Source of the DNA: Octopus bimaculoides
Lineage: Eukaryota
Assembly (NCBI RefSeq): GCF_001194135.2
Contig: NC_068982.1
Coordinates: forward strand, 87,087,242-87,149,048
Length of the DNA: 61,807 nucleotides
Direction of reading: 5' to 3'
Under the pieces are notes generated by a model. The model saw only the letters and a program-made list of their open reading frames with translations. It was not told the origin of the DNA and made no database searches. The position numbers and the translations under genes were made by a program. Positions 1-13,059 of this stretch are shown one piece after another. Positions within the stretch are counted from its first letter, which is position 1, and the number at the start of each line of letters is the position of its first letter.

Positions 1-59
1 ATATATATATATATATAAAGGTAATGCTATGCAACTTCGTAATAATCCTTATTATTGTT

Positions 60-306
60 GTTGATGTGTGTGTGTGCCTGTGTGTTTTATGTATATATGT
101 ATGTGTGCCTGTGTTTGTCCATCACCACCGCTTCACAATATGTGTTGGTGTTTCCGTAACTTAGCGATTCGGCAAAGTGATTGATAGAATAAGTACCAGG
201 CTTAAAAAAAAAGTGCTGGGATCGATTCATTCGACTAAAAATTCTTCATGGTGGTGCCTCAGCATGGCCGCAGTTTAATGACTGAAACAAGTAAAAGATA
301 AAAGAT
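60..306 (+). mobile_element. 3' part of Octopus tRNA-derived SINE, family A (microsatellite core, tail ...gtaaaagataaaagat)
   Basis: Same tail as fuller copies at 31110-31490 and 38440-38830. Assignment to a published OK/OR1/OR2 family was not verified. Confidence 0.75.
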
Positions 307-409
307 GCATATACATATGCAGAGAATATTCAAAGAAGATAGTCTTTCTGTTTTTCTGTAATTTTGTTTATTTTGACATTAAACTCTTACAAAAGCCAGT
401 CGCTTTATG

Positions 410-1660
410 TTAGGGTGTGCAACTGCTAGATATCCATTGTAATCCATGATTTCTTGGTGGATGACCCGAAAATCTATGCTAAAAATGTTTTCTATGCCAA
501 AAGACAGCTGGAGGTAATTATATTTTCAGCCCAAATAGGAATGGAATTTGACCACAAAAAATGTTAGTATTTGATTGTTAAATGTCGAAGATCATTCCCC
601 CAAATACAAAATTTGTGCATCATCGGTTTTGTCTATCACTCCTGTTCCACAAAAAGGACACTACAAGTACCTGAGTATTGACGACAACATATCTTACGAA
701 GGTATTGTAAATAAAGATACAGTGATCCGAGAATATTACACCAGCTAATTCGGAGAAGGGAGTAAGTCGATTACATTGACCCCAATGCTCTATTGGTACT
801 TATTTTATCAATCACGAAAATATGAAAGGTAAAGTCGACCTCGGCAGATTTGAACTCGGGCCGTAAAGACAGACGAAATGCCGCAAAGCAGTTTTCCTGG
901 CGTACTAACGATTCTGGCAGATCACCGCCGTAAGACGACACTAATATCGACATTAAGTGCAGCCTTTCTCGGACTTGCGACCATGACATCATATCACACT
1001 TCGAAAGTTATACTTTTGCAATCCAAGAGCTGGATGTCTACCGAATACAAAAATAACTAATAGACAAAGAAACATTGAAGTCCTTGGAGCCCCAGTATGC
1101 AACCAAAAATATCGGTGATATGACATTTCTGTGGAAGAAAACACACATGATCAGCATCTACTTAAAACTGTCAAGATACTACTTCCGAATGCGACATGAC
1201 GCTGTTGCTGAAACTTACAATGCCATCATAAAAGAAAAAAAAAAAAGACTGTCCTCAGATAAATATATAGATTCTATCAGTCAGTGAATATATACACAAG
1301 AATCAACACAAGGAATACTGGTGGAACATTTTCATCAAAATTTCTACCAAGTGCTAATGCAACATGCTAGATGTTGTTTGAGACGGATAAGAGCAGGTGC
1401 TGTTATAATGGTTAGTTGTCCTGCTGTTGTGAATATCCCTTCGAAAATCAAAGAGAAAGAGGATAACTGCTTGGATACTCAGATTATAAATTCACATTTA
1501 TACAATAATAATTGGTTCGCTTGGCTTTGTGATTAAATGTCCCAATGATAATCTGGATAAGCTAGAGTTTTCAGAAAAAGAAATTAAACAGCTAATACGC
1601 ACATTACACGTACAATATGCAAATAGAACAATAAAAATATTCAAGTTTAAAATATGATTT
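410..1660 (+). mobile_element. Degenerate R4/Dong-like (REL-endonuclease) non-LTR retrotransposon, interrupted by a SINE
   Basis: Frameshifted RT motif FLVDDPKIYAK...FSAQIGMEF at 410-740; RYY.MRHDAVA, EYWWN and VSCPAVVNIPSKIKEKEDN (zinc finger to REL region) at 1040-1640. Confidence 0.65.
750..931 (-). mobile_element. Octopus SINE family B (tRNA-like head GGCGGTGAxCTGxCAGAATCGTTAG, B-box-like GAGTTCAAAT)
   Basis: Other copies at about 15715-15880 (+), 20495-20665 (-), 30365-30530 (-) and 40780-40930 (+, decayed). Confidence 0.8.
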
Positions 1661-2034
1661 TGTTTTTATTTACATTCCAGCGACGAAGTTTTGTATCTTT
1701 GTTAGAAACGATCTCTTTTCTTACAAGAAAACCAATGTTTTATTTTATTTGTCTTCAGTATTCTCAAATGCCGCTGTGCTTTCTCAACTGATTTATTTGC
1801 CCGTTTGGCATTTCAATTCCCTGACCTCCTTCAAATCAAAATAGTACACTTTTCATTCTCAAATTTCATTTCTACATCATTTGATAAAATGTGAACAGTA
1901 TGTACAAGACTTCTTGTATGTTGTTCGCATAAAACTTTATATTGTCAATGAATAGATGATTTATCTGACCATACCCTTTTCTCAAATTATAAGCTATTTT
2001 GACTATTTTGACCATGGGCAATACAAATACAATT

Positions 2035-3232
2035 ATTGTTATGGTCAGGCGGTCTATTTGCTGTCAACGCTCGCTGCGTGGTGGCCTGCGCATGCCGTGG
2101 CTGATGCGCAGACATGCGCTGATGATACATCTCCAGTGTTTTCTTGACGGTGAACAGGTGTGGTCGCCGATCGCCAGACGCGTATTTCTCCAGCTAGTCT
2201 CTTTAACGGAGCTGCAGACGTGGATCGAACAGAGCTAGAGAAGGCATTTGGAAAGTGAAATGTCTTCAAGCGCTCACAGCTCTCAGCTAATGGGATACTG
2301 CGATAGGTAGAACGTCCACTCTAGCTTTCTATAGAGAATTAGTGAAGGGAAAGTGCAACGACGTTCTTGAAAAGACCTTGGGCGTTGAAGAAGATCTGCT
2401 AGCCGTACTTTTCTGGAGAACTTACGGCCTGGGACCAATGGATAATTCCAAAAAATCTCTGGCCTGGCAGTACTACCGAGGAGCTTTGCCTGTTGAAGAT
2501 AAACTATACAGGCACGGTAGTGCCGTCAGCCGAACATGTCCGAGATGCGCGCAGGACGACGAGACGGTCCTGCACGCACTCGTCCAGTGCCCGAACATTG
2601 CTGACCTGCGGGTTTATGTCGAACATCTGCTGTCGCATGTAGGACGGATCCGGCTGTCAACTGAATCCATTGTGAAGATCACCACGCCACCTTCCTTTAA
2701 CAGGGAGAGTTGTCTTTATATGCCTGGTGGCCATGTCGAAAGAGGTTGTATAGTAAACGAGATTGAAGGGGCTGAAAACAAACACTTTTCTCTTTGACCA
2801 ATCCCTGATCAACTTCTTCAAGTGAAACTTGAAAAGGAAAATAAGGGTAGAGAGGAAATTGTTGTCTTCTAGTCAGTTTGCTGAAAAGTGGATGAAAGTG
2901 GCGAGAATGGTGCAAGTGAACCGGCCTGCCCTGAACATACGCCTGTAGTTGGAGAAAAGGAAAGGAAAAAAGGCACTTGCCCCAAACGTCAGCGTACCTA
3001 TGGGTTTTTTTATGGGGTGTTTTCATGAGCAACCCTCGAACGTCTCCTCCCTATTAAGTATTACTCATTGTTGATTTTTTTATTTATTTATTTTTTTTGT
3101 TTTCATGTTAAACATGTTTACACGCAAAACCCTCACAAGACACTCACACACACACACATATTCTTTGTTTTGTCCTGTACTGTCCATAATGCTTTTCTTA
3201 ATCTAAACCTTTTGTGGTTAATAAAGAAATTA

Positions 3233-3282
<50 letters not shown>

Positions 3283-3307
3283 TATTATTATTATTATTAT
3301 TATTATT
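2035..3307 (+). mobile_element. Tx1-clade (L1 superfamily) LINE, 5'-truncated 3' end
   Basis: ORF2 C-terminus with SLAWQYYRGALPV and CPRCAQDDETVLHALVQCP zinc motif, then 3' UTR, AATAAA and an (ATT)n tail. Confidence 0.85.
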
Positions 3308-3415
3308 TAATTTTTATTATTTTAACATCTTAGATCATTTCTATGAAAAAGTAAGAGAAGGGTGAAAAATTTTCACGTGCGAGTTACAGCGTTATGTGTG
3401 TGTGTGTGTGTGTTT

Positions 3416-3451
<36 letters not shown>

Positions 3452-3559
3452 GTTTGTTTTGTAATCAGTTGTTTGAAGCCATCAGTTTCCAACCAAAGAC
3501 GTAAATAAATGGTAAGTCAATACACATAAGTGGACTTATAACAGGATATTATACAATAC

Positions 3560-3960
3560 CACCGAATACGGTTAACACTAACTGTCTCCATCCACAGTGG
3601 TATTCTAACTATTCGTTTATCCAAACAGTTTGGCAGCAATGTCCATTTCTCTCCCTGTATCATCCTCTTGGAGAATTTTTCCGCTTCCTTGACTGATACA
3701 AAGGTAACCACTATAGACGCAAATCTCTTTCCTCTCGTAAAGAACGCTATGTTGTCTCCTATATGTCTTTCCATAATTTCTTCTATTTCTTCCTGCGGCA
3801 CGTTTTCAATTCTCCTGTTTTCATTTGAAAATATTCTGAATATTACCGTCTTCTTTTCCATTTTCACTTTTTCCTCCTCTGGCAGGGTCAGTTTTATATT
3901 TGACCCCTCCTTCTTTACCATATTACTATATTTCACCATGAGTGGGAGGGTGAGGTTGAG
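3560..3960 (-). mobile_element. ORF1-like protein fragment (N-terminal/RRM-like part), copy I
   Basis: KKEGSNIKLTLP...TVIFRIFS...AFFTRGKRFASIVVTF...WTLLP; homologous to the copies at 3975-4870 and 6660-7300. Confidence 0.65.
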
Positions 3961-3974
3961 AAGGTATGGGTAGG

Positions 3975-4870
3975 GTGGGTACGGGTTGGGGTTCACTTAA
4001 ACTGTCCTTTTTTCTCTTCTGTTTTCTCCCAGTAACTTGCCATCCATCTTTCTCGTTTGCTTCTTCCATCCTTTCTGGTTCCTTCTCTGCTTTCTCTTGG
4101 GTTTGCTTATTTTACAGAGGGCAGTCCGCTCTAATGTGGCCCTTTTGGCCACATTTATAGCAACGAGAAATTCTGCCCTCTCCGCACACTTTCATTATTG
4201 TTTCTCCGACTGTCACTGTTTCTGCAAGAGTCTCTAAATTTTCTTCCTTACTTTGTATTATTATTTCCAGAATTTTACCATGCCAATTAATGGCTGCCAT
4301 TTCTGTGGCTTGGAGTACGGCGACCTCTTTCTCGCTCCCTAGAAGCACAGCCGCCGCCACACAAGCCACGTCTATTTCAGGGGGGATTCCCTCCACCCTG
4401 ACCTTGGAAGTTCTTCTTCCAAGGTATGTGGATAGAAGGATTACTCTTTCCGTTTTCATCTATTTTACAGAGTATTAGCTTCCTCTGGCAAAATGCACTA
4501 TGTCTTGCCAGAGTGACCTCAACACCTTTTCAATTTTGTCTGTCGGTTCATTTATCAATCTTTTCTCCTTGATAGAATAGACTTTATACACAATTCTTCT
4601 TTCTTCCATTTCCTTTAGTATTTCTTGTGGTGGTGACAATTTCACGTTACCACCTTCCTTTTTAAACATTTTTTCAAAGTTTTTTTAAAGTTTTTGAGGC
4701 TTACCTCTTTCTTTGACACCTCTGTCACCTGCGCAAAACTTCTCTCCTTTATAACCCTGTCCATCTTCTTCACAGCTTCCACAAGCTCCTGGTCAGACGA
4801 CGACAGTTCTGAATATTCCACATCTGATTCATTTACGTCTGAATAAGACTCAGCCATCTCTCCTCTTGCG
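3975..4870 (-). mobile_element. Near-complete degenerate ORF1 with CCHC zinc knuckle, copy II
   Basis: MAESYSD...KKEGGNVKLSPP...LLSTYLGRRTSKVRVEGIPPE...CYKCGQKGHIRADC...GWQVTGRK; internal stops and a deletion. Confidence 0.8.
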
Positions 4871-4904
4871 AGAAGAGAAAGCAAAAATACAACCGTTCAC
4901 GCCG

Positions 4905-5640
4905 ATAAATGATGATGGAATTGCTGTATTGGACCCCACTTTCAAGCAGTATCATTTAACAGTTAAATTATACAAATTAACAAATCTTTCTTTCACTGTC
5001 TTTTTTTCTTTTAGCGTCGTTTTTTCTCTTTTTATCCCTATTTTTCTTGAGAAAGTCTATTTCTCTTTTTTTTTTTTAAAGTTTTACTTACTTTACTCTT
5101 TTTAACAGTTCATACAGGGTTTCAAATCTTCAAACTCCACGACTGGTGGCAATTCGTCGAATTCAACTTCTACCCCCAACGGGTCTATACTATTTCCGAA
5201 CAGTTCTTTCAATTTCTCATATCTATCCTTGTCAATAATTATTCCCTTGGTTTTTTTCTGAATATTTCTCCGGTGGCAACCGATTTAAATTTCGTAAACT
5301 TCCGCTCGATTGCCGTACTTTTGGCGTATGTAACCATATACCACTTGTTTTTTCTGTTTTTTAACATCCGTTTGCTTCAGTGACAGACCTGGGCTGTCCG
5401 CGCGAGTTTTTCCCCTTGGTTCCTCTCTTGTTTCACCTAAATTAGCTTCAATGTCTAAGTTTTCTACATCAAGTGCCCCTTTTGAGCACATAAGAAACAT
5501 GTTGGTGGTTTTCCTTCCACCACTACTCTCAGTCGGATGTCTTCTGGAAGAATGATCTCTTCTGTAATTTCGTGCAAGTCTTTTAGGCCCACTTGTATGG
5601 CCATTTCGAGGCCATACCTCTACCAATTAACCTTGTAGCG
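4905..5640 (-). mobile_element. ORF1 C-terminal half plus 3' tail, copy III
   Basis: With a frameshift: LHEITEEIILPEDIRLRVVVEGKPPTCFLCAQKGH, then ...ELFGNSIDPLGVEVEFDELPPVVEFEDLKPCMNC* (stop 5102-5104) and an untranslated tail. Confidence 0.7.
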
Positions 5641-5645
5641 AAGCT

Positions 5646-5770
<125 letters not shown>

Positions 5771-5780
5771 TATATATACA

Positions 5781-6660
5781 TGAATGCGGACGTAGAAGAT
5801 AACAGCTAGCCTTCGGCCGCATCTTTGGACCCTGTTGTGTCCACCACTCTGATTGGTTGGTATTGGCGCATTTTTGTCTCTTGTTCTATTTCGCGCCAGG
5901 GTGCAACCCAACCAATCGACGCCTTCAGATAAAGTCACGTGGCACAGTTTTCTGAACCCCATGTGTGAGTCGATAATTTCTTATAAATAGCTAGCTTTTC
6001 TGCGTATGTTTGTCTTTCGGTTCCGGACCTTTTGAGGTCTAGCCGCTGACCACAGAGCACCAGCCAGTTCCAGCGACGACATGACTCCGCTTCACTGGAG
6101 ATCCAACACTTCGTTCAACTAACTGTTTACTACAAGCTTCTTCGTCGCCAGCGTTTACACCAACTTCTCTAAGTACACACCAAACCAGGAACGCTAACAT
6201 AACTTTCTCCACGTTGTTTGCGAAATGCTTCAGCGAGGTTAACAGTGAATTCAACCTGCGAGAACTCCTGTACCAAGTAACCGGCAACAGCATTAAAGTC
6301 TCAACTTCTTACACGACATGTGTCTTTCTTCGGCTCTGCCTTGACGCCACAGCCTCTTGGTACAGCGCTTCAACCATTAGATACGAGCTGGTATTTCCTA
6401 TCCTTGTGTCTGGACTTTCTTCTAACGTCCTTATAGACTGTTTTCTATGCTCTGTATCTCTCGCACTCACATACACATGTTTGTATACACATGCATTGTT
6501 TATATGATGGCCTGTCTATTATTGTGTTTTATTATGTCGCATTCACACACACACAGACATTCAAGTTGACATCCAATAAAACCTTTCTCCTATACCTTTT
6601 ACCCGTTGAGTTTCTCTTTTTTCCTTGTTGGCACTTAACTCATTTTAACCTCATTTCATT
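5781..6660 (+). mobile_element. Putative solo LTR (CpG-rich, promoter-like) inserted in the ORF1 array
   Basis: CCAAT boxes at about 5852-5915, CACGTG, TATAAATA at about 5982 and AATAAA at about 6575. TG..CA ends and TSD not clearly identified. Confidence 0.4.
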
Positions 6661-7300
6661 TTTTGTTTTTATATTTGTGCCGACCGTGCCATGCGCTGAA
6701 AGAGCCACAATAAGTCGGCAGAAGTACCCATTCCGCTGTCCTTATCGGCTCAGTGGCGTGGTTTATCGCGTCTTCGTCTTTGCTAAACCTTACTTCCACT
6801 GTGCCGTATTTCTTTCCACGCGTATAAAATGTGGTAAGCCTCTTTATTTCCTTGAGGCATTCCTCTGTTGTCTCAATTGGGGCAACCTCTTTCTTTTTAG
6901 AGGACGTACATAACATTCTGTACACCACTGTTCTTTTCGCCACATTGTTCGTCAATTCTTGCGTGGAGTCAGCCTCAAACAGGCTCCTTCCCTTTCTATT
7001 AATTTACTTCCTTCCTTCCACTTTTTGGACTCTACTTTAATTTCACGTACTTCCAAGGCGCCGGCATGTATTCCTTTACTCGTGGCTGATACGTAACTTC
7101 CAGCTAGTTCATTTTCCATATCTCCTCTTTTCTCTACTTCACCCATAATTGGGTAAGAAAAGAAATACAATAACAAGCAAAACAGCAACAATAGTTCAAA
7201 ATTTAACCAACTTAACAAATCCTAGGTTCAGTCACACAGAGAGACCTATAGTAAACAAACGGCTTACTCCGGAATCACAAGTGATTTAACGAGAAGACGC
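6660..7300 (-). mobile_element. ORF1 5' part with 5' UTR, copy IV
   Basis: MGEVEKRGD...GSYVSATSKGI and RTVVYRMLCTSSKKKEVAP...FYTRGKKYGTVEVRF...WVLLPTYCG. Confidence 0.7.
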
Positions 7301-7309
7301 TAACTCTCT

Positions 7310-7740
7310 ATTTCTTTATTAAGCACTCAGGCTCATACACAGAGGGGACAGCACAAGGACAGACAGAACACCACAGTGGGGACAAAAACATAAAACGAAT
7401 GAAAATGAGTGATGCATAAAAATAATGATGGTGGAATGGCTGCATTGAAGCCCACTCTCAAGCAGTACCATTTAACAGTTAGATTATACAAATTAACAAA
7501 TCTTTCTTACACTGTCTTTTTTTCTTTTAGCGTCGTTTTTTTTCTTTTTTATTCCTTTTTTTCTTTTTTTTTCTTGGGAAAGTCTATTTTTTCTCTTATA
7601 AAAAATTATTTTTTACTTACTTTACTCTTTTTAACAGTTCATAAAGGGTTTCAAATCTTCAAACTCCACGACTGGTGGCAATTCGTCAAATTCGACTTTT
7701 ACCCCCAACAGGTCTATACTATTTCCGAATTTTTTATTCG
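7310..7740 (-). mobile_element. 5'-truncated copy of the ORF1-only element: ORF1 C-terminus, full 3' tail and AATAAA
   Basis: Direct repeat of 4905-5215; the tail continues to ...cttAATAAAgaaat (AATAAA at 7315-7320). Confidence 0.75.
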
Positions 7741-8426
7741 GCTTTTATGATCAATGGTAAGGCAGACCAATACGCATGTTCTTAGGACACTCATAATTTT
7801 GCATAATTCTACTCTTACATACAAACATGCAAACATATATCAGACGTTTACAGGTGTGGTTGAAGACGGAAAAATTAAATTCACTCGTTCTCTCCTCTCT
7901 CAATTGCTATACTATTAACGTTCTATGAAGAATAAGAAGAAAAAAGAAAAACGTATTCCATGAACGACCTCTAATTTCTTTGTCTCGTGCCATGCCATGC
8001 TGACGATTTCTAATATGAATGAAATAGCACTATACATGATTACCTATGACTAGAGAAAAAAAAATCTTTGATCTTCGATTTAAAATTCAAACTTCTAATC
8101 GTGCCAAGATTTATCTAGAAGTGATTAAGTCCTGCGCAATAAATGTCTACTGGGACTTTTCTATTTATTTCTTCATTTCAACATTTTAAAAAATTTCTAA
8201 CTTCTGTTTTAATTTTATAATACCATTTTATTCTTATTTCACCAGCATAGTCTAAAGAGCATTGTGTTTTTTTACTATCTTGGTCTAAATACTTCTGTTA
8301 TCAACGTGCAGTTATTTGTTTCCTTAAGTATCTCATTATTCTTTGTTAATTCCCATTACTTCAACGATTATGATATGTTTAATACAAACTTATTGCAGAC
8401 AAGTAATGTACATACATACTCAAACA

Positions 8427-8475
<49 letters not shown>

Positions 8476-8494
8476 NNNNNNNNNNNNNNNNNNN

Positions 8495-8539
<45 letters not shown>

Positions 8540-9329
8540 CAGCTAATGTGTATGAGCGTGTCAGAGTGTGTGTGAGTTAGAACAGTAAATTCGATACTTA
8601 TTATAATTTCGTTCATGTTATGTGACATAGTGTCAGAGGTTTACGAAACAACAGCTATTCGTTTCCTGAGAACATATTGTGAGACAATATTCATGATTAA
8701 CAGCAAGAAAGAAAAACTTTCTCACGCGAACACGAGAATAAACTGAAGGGGGACAAAGGAATCTAATGAGATCCAAACTGTATGTATAATTGTAGTTTAG
8801 TACAATGGCAACGCCTAGACTAAGTATTGAAATAGGGCAAATCAATTAAGATGTCACTGACTAATTATTTTCACAATTAACTCGATATTTAGGAAAAAAA
8901 ATCAGTCTCTAGTACAGATCATAACCATTTTCTGTTTTTTATTTATTGTATTCTTCTGTGAAATAACACACACGCGCACGCATACATATGCACACTTACA
9001 CGTATACACACAGAAGCGTATGTATACATAAACATATTGTATATATATATACATGTATGCATACATATATACATACATAAATATATATATAAAATATATG
9101 CACATGCATGCATTTCCGTCTGTGAGTAGTAAATCCAGGCAGATATCTAGAAAGCACTCAGTTGTTAAGCGAACCACATCAAACAATCAGATACGATACC
9201 TGTATGGTATAATCATCAAAGTGTGGTTTCTTGGTACTGAGATGCTTGCAGACAATTTCAAGCACCCAGGTCATTGGTGTTCTTTAGATAAGTGACTAAA
9301 CCTAATATCATTTCTTTTTCTTTTTATCA

Positions 9330-9960
9330 TAGGTTTTGTTTGAATTTCTGTTGTCTTGCATGCGTAGCGGGTTTGCTGCCTGCATCCTACGGCACCATGC
9401 TATCTGTTCTTTTCAACTATCTAATACTTTCCTGATTATTCTGGCCGTGCCAAGGAGGCAAACCTTTTGTAACAGTTCTACTGGGCACTCTATTTCGATT
9501 TCCTTTATATTCCACTCCTTCTCTCTTTCCACGTCTTGTCTCTTTCTAGCCCCCACTTTTCGCAGTTTCCAATGTGGTACTTTCACTACCTTATCGTGTC
9601 TCCACAACTAGTGGTTTTGGACAAGTCTAGGGTATTTGTTCGCGATATGGGCAATAGTTTCGGCCACTCTATAACAAATGCGGCACAGCAGAGAAACTTT
9701 TTCATTCCTAAGGTTGACCCTCCAATTCGTGACCAAAGCTTGGTCTTGCGTTGCCAGTATAGTGATCTCAGTTTCTTTTTTTAGTGTTCCTTTCTTCAGA
9801 TAATCCTATTTATGTTTTCCAGCAATTTCTGGAGTAGCTACATGGAATTGATTGTGTAGTCCATTGTTGCGTAATGCTTCTTCATGTCCTTTTTGAACTT
9901 CTTCCTTTGTTTTTCCTTTTTTCTCTGCTTATTATTATTTTCAAATGCACACAACAGATT
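9330..9960 (-). mobile_element. R4/Dong-like LINE 3' end, internally deleted
   Basis: LATQDQAL, CRIC...ETIAHI, WRHDKV, then CPVELLQKVCLLGTARIIRKVLDS*. The same 3' end recurs at 15265-15440. Confidence 0.8.
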
Positions 9961-10009
9961 AGACTGTTGGAAAAGAAAATATCCTAACATCGGGTTACAA
10001 CAAGTAACC

Positions 10010-10600
10010 TTAGATGCCAAGAACCCTCCTAAGTATCCTAGATGTCCCTAATAACATTGTTTTCTGGGGCTGTACTAAACTGGGTTTTATGCCTATTTCC
10101 TCTACCTATCTGTTTAGATCTTTAGGGATAGTTCCCAAAGCACCTATAACTACTGGGATACATTTTCCGTAATCCAATGGATAGGTCCTGATACTTTGCT
10201 GTCATATTGATTTTTAATCATTTGGGACTAAATCAGGCCTTCTAACTTTTTATTACTCCGTCAGTCTGAATGTCCCACAACATCTTGAATTTTTTACTTA
10301 ATAGTACTTTACTAAGTTCATGTTCATACCATTTATTAGTATGTTCAAATCCTAGCTTTCTACATAACTCCCAGTGGATTACTATTCCTAAGTTGTCATG
10401 TCTTTTCTTGTATTCTTTTTGTACCAGCATGCTATATTCACTTACTATATGAGTAGCGCTTTCATCTTTTGGTTTGCATAACCTACATTGGGAATCAACT
10501 TGGTTTTTGTCTATCTTTGCTTTTATCCGATTAGTCCTTAATGTTTTGTTGTGGCGAGAGTCATTGACACCCCTGGGGGATTGGATGAACGGACTATCCG
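10010..10600 (-). mobile_element. R4/Dong-like LINE 3' fragment (CCHC finger plus REL endonuclease)
   Basis: CRLCKPKDESATHIVSE...YKKRHDNLGIVIHWELCRKLG...WYEH...LWD.IQTD, followed by a PD-like motif. Confidence 0.85.
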
Positions 10601-10723
10601 AACTCTTATAAAGAGTAGTGGTCGGTAGTAGTCGGGGAGAACGTTTTGGTAGTCTCACGAAGTACGTCATGTAAACCTCCGCTGCATAATTTATATATAC
10701 CAACCTGTGGCAGTACATAAAAT

Positions 10724-12755
10724 TGGCGATGAGATATTCGAAGCTTGCGTGGGACGTTTATTTATTTATTTATTTATTGGTATGAAATCAAAGAAAAAGT
10801 TATTTAACACGGAAGACTTGTTGGCTCACGTGGTGCAGTTGCAACAGTAACAGCAGCAGTTACAACAACAATACCAACAGTTACTGGAAGTAATGCTGAA
10901 GAAATCTGAAAATACTTCAGGTTCTCGTCATACAGCGTAGCAAATTCAATTGGAGAATTTATTTATAACCCAGAAGAAGGTACTACTTTTTCTTTAGACG
11001 ATATGAAGAAATTTTCAAAGAAGAATGTAAAAATTTTCAAAGAAGAATGTAAAAATTGGAATGACGAGGAGAAGGTGCGACTACTTTTAAGGAAGTTATC
11101 CCCTGCCGGACACGATAAATATTGTAACTATATTCTGCCGAAGAAACCAGATGAGATTTGTTTCGATGAAACAGTTAATTTGTTATCGAGAATTTTCAGT
11201 GAAAGAAGTTCCCTGTTCAATACTCGTTGGCAATGTTTACATTTAGTTAAAAAAGATGATGAAGATTTCGTCACCTGTGCTAGAGGTTGTTCATAGAGAG
11301 TGTGAAAAATTCAAATTCAATTAATTAACCCCGGATTTGTTCAAATGTCTAATTTTTGTTCAGTAAGAAAAGATGCTGACATACGTTCCCGTATATTAAC
11401 AAAATTAGAACAGAACCAAAAATTAACTCTACAGGCAGTGGCTGAAAAATGCCTGAGGATTATAAATTTAAGGCACGATGCGGATAAAGTTGAAAAGATT
11501 GCTCTCAGATACATGCGTGTCGTCCTAAAACGGATAAGAAAAAAGAAAAATGAACGTCAAATCCATGCTATGGTTGCGGATGTTTACATTTTAAAAGTAA
11601 TTGTCCTTTTATAAATCGTAAATGTTTTGACTGTGGAAAAATCGGACATAAAAGCTCACATTGTATAGCAAAAGAAAAAAGAAGGGTCAAACAAAAAAAT
11701 TCTAGAAGGAATGTATTGTTAAAAAAACTTCTAAGCGAGGCTCAGAAAAGAAAATTGTGTTCATAAAAATGAATAATGGGAATATCAAATTACAATTGGA
11801 TGCAGACAATGATATCACAGTAATTAATACAGATACATGGAGAAAATTAGGGAAGCCTAGATTAAAGGAAACTTCTAAAATTGCATGAGGTGTTTCAGGA
11901 AAAAAAATTGCATTTTAGAGGTGAAATGATAACTTTGATAGCCAAAGTTTTTGTGTTGCAAAATACAATAAATTATTTGGAACAGACTGGATGGAACTAT
12001 TTAACTTATGGGACTTACTCATGAATATATTTTTTGTAAGAACGTAAATAAAGCGTCGGAGAATTTATTTTTTTAAATTTTAATCAGCACCAAAACAGAG
12101 GCGAAGTTTCAAGTGAAAGAAAACGCTACACCGGTATTTAAACCAAAAAGAACGGTACCTTTCGCAGCGTTGAAACAAGTCAACAAAGAATTGGATAAAC
12201 TTGAAAAGCTTGGCGTTATTGAAAAAAATTGATTCGTTATTTAGGCGTCTCCTACAGTTTATGTCAAGAGAAAAAACAATAAAATCCGAGTATGCTGATT
12301 TCCCAAGGGGATTAAAGTTGAATGGAGGAAAATTATTTTCAAAGTTGGACCTCTCTGAAGCATATTTGCAGGTAAAAGTCGATGAGGAATGTTCAAAATT
12401 ATTGACAATAAATACCCATAAAGGGTTGTATAAATTCAATCGACTTCCCTTTGGTAGCACCTGGCATTTTCCAACAAATTATGGATATTATGCTCGCAGG
12501 TTCAGATTTCGCTGTAGCATACCTTGACGACATACTCATAAAAAGTGAATCTCGAGGTCAGTATGCTGAGTATATTAAAAAAAAGTCTTCGAAAGAATAA
12601 AAGATTATGGGTTTAAGTTCAGCGAAGGAAAGTGTGAATTTTTTATGCCAAGAATAAAATATCTAGGGCAGATATTATTGATGAAAATGGACGCAGATCA
12701 GACCCGTCTAGGGCGAGTGCAATAAAAGTATGCCTCACCCAACGAACATTGGTGC
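10724..12755 (+). mobile_element. Gypsy/Ty3 LTR retrotransposon (K02A2.6/Mag-like) gag-protease-RT, 3'-truncated and degenerate
   Basis: PBS-like TGGCGATGAG at about 10724 (cf. tRNA-Ser GCU 3' end); gag EEKVRLLLRKL...SLFNTRWQCL; CCHC knuckles; protease LQLDAD; RT FSKLDLSEAYLQV...NRLPFG...YLDDIL. Confidence 0.88.
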
Positions 12756-13059
12756 CATGGATAAGAGATTCTACATTTGCTGGTTGACTGAGTTTTCTCG
12801 ATCTTTACCTTTATCAGATTTGTTCTAAGGGCTTGTTCCTGAACGTTTCTGTTTCTCGTTGCAAGTTCCCGTCCGTCAACCAGAGCCAGCGATCTTTACT
12901 TCCAGCATTCTCGGTTTGTTGCATGAATTGGCCATGTACTTTCCATCTGTTTGTTCTCTTGTTCTACTTTTTCTCTTTGAATTCTCTTTCTTCTTCGGTC
13001 TTTTTTTTTTGGGGGGGGGGACTCTGACTACTGATAATATTCTTTCTTTACTCTGCATA

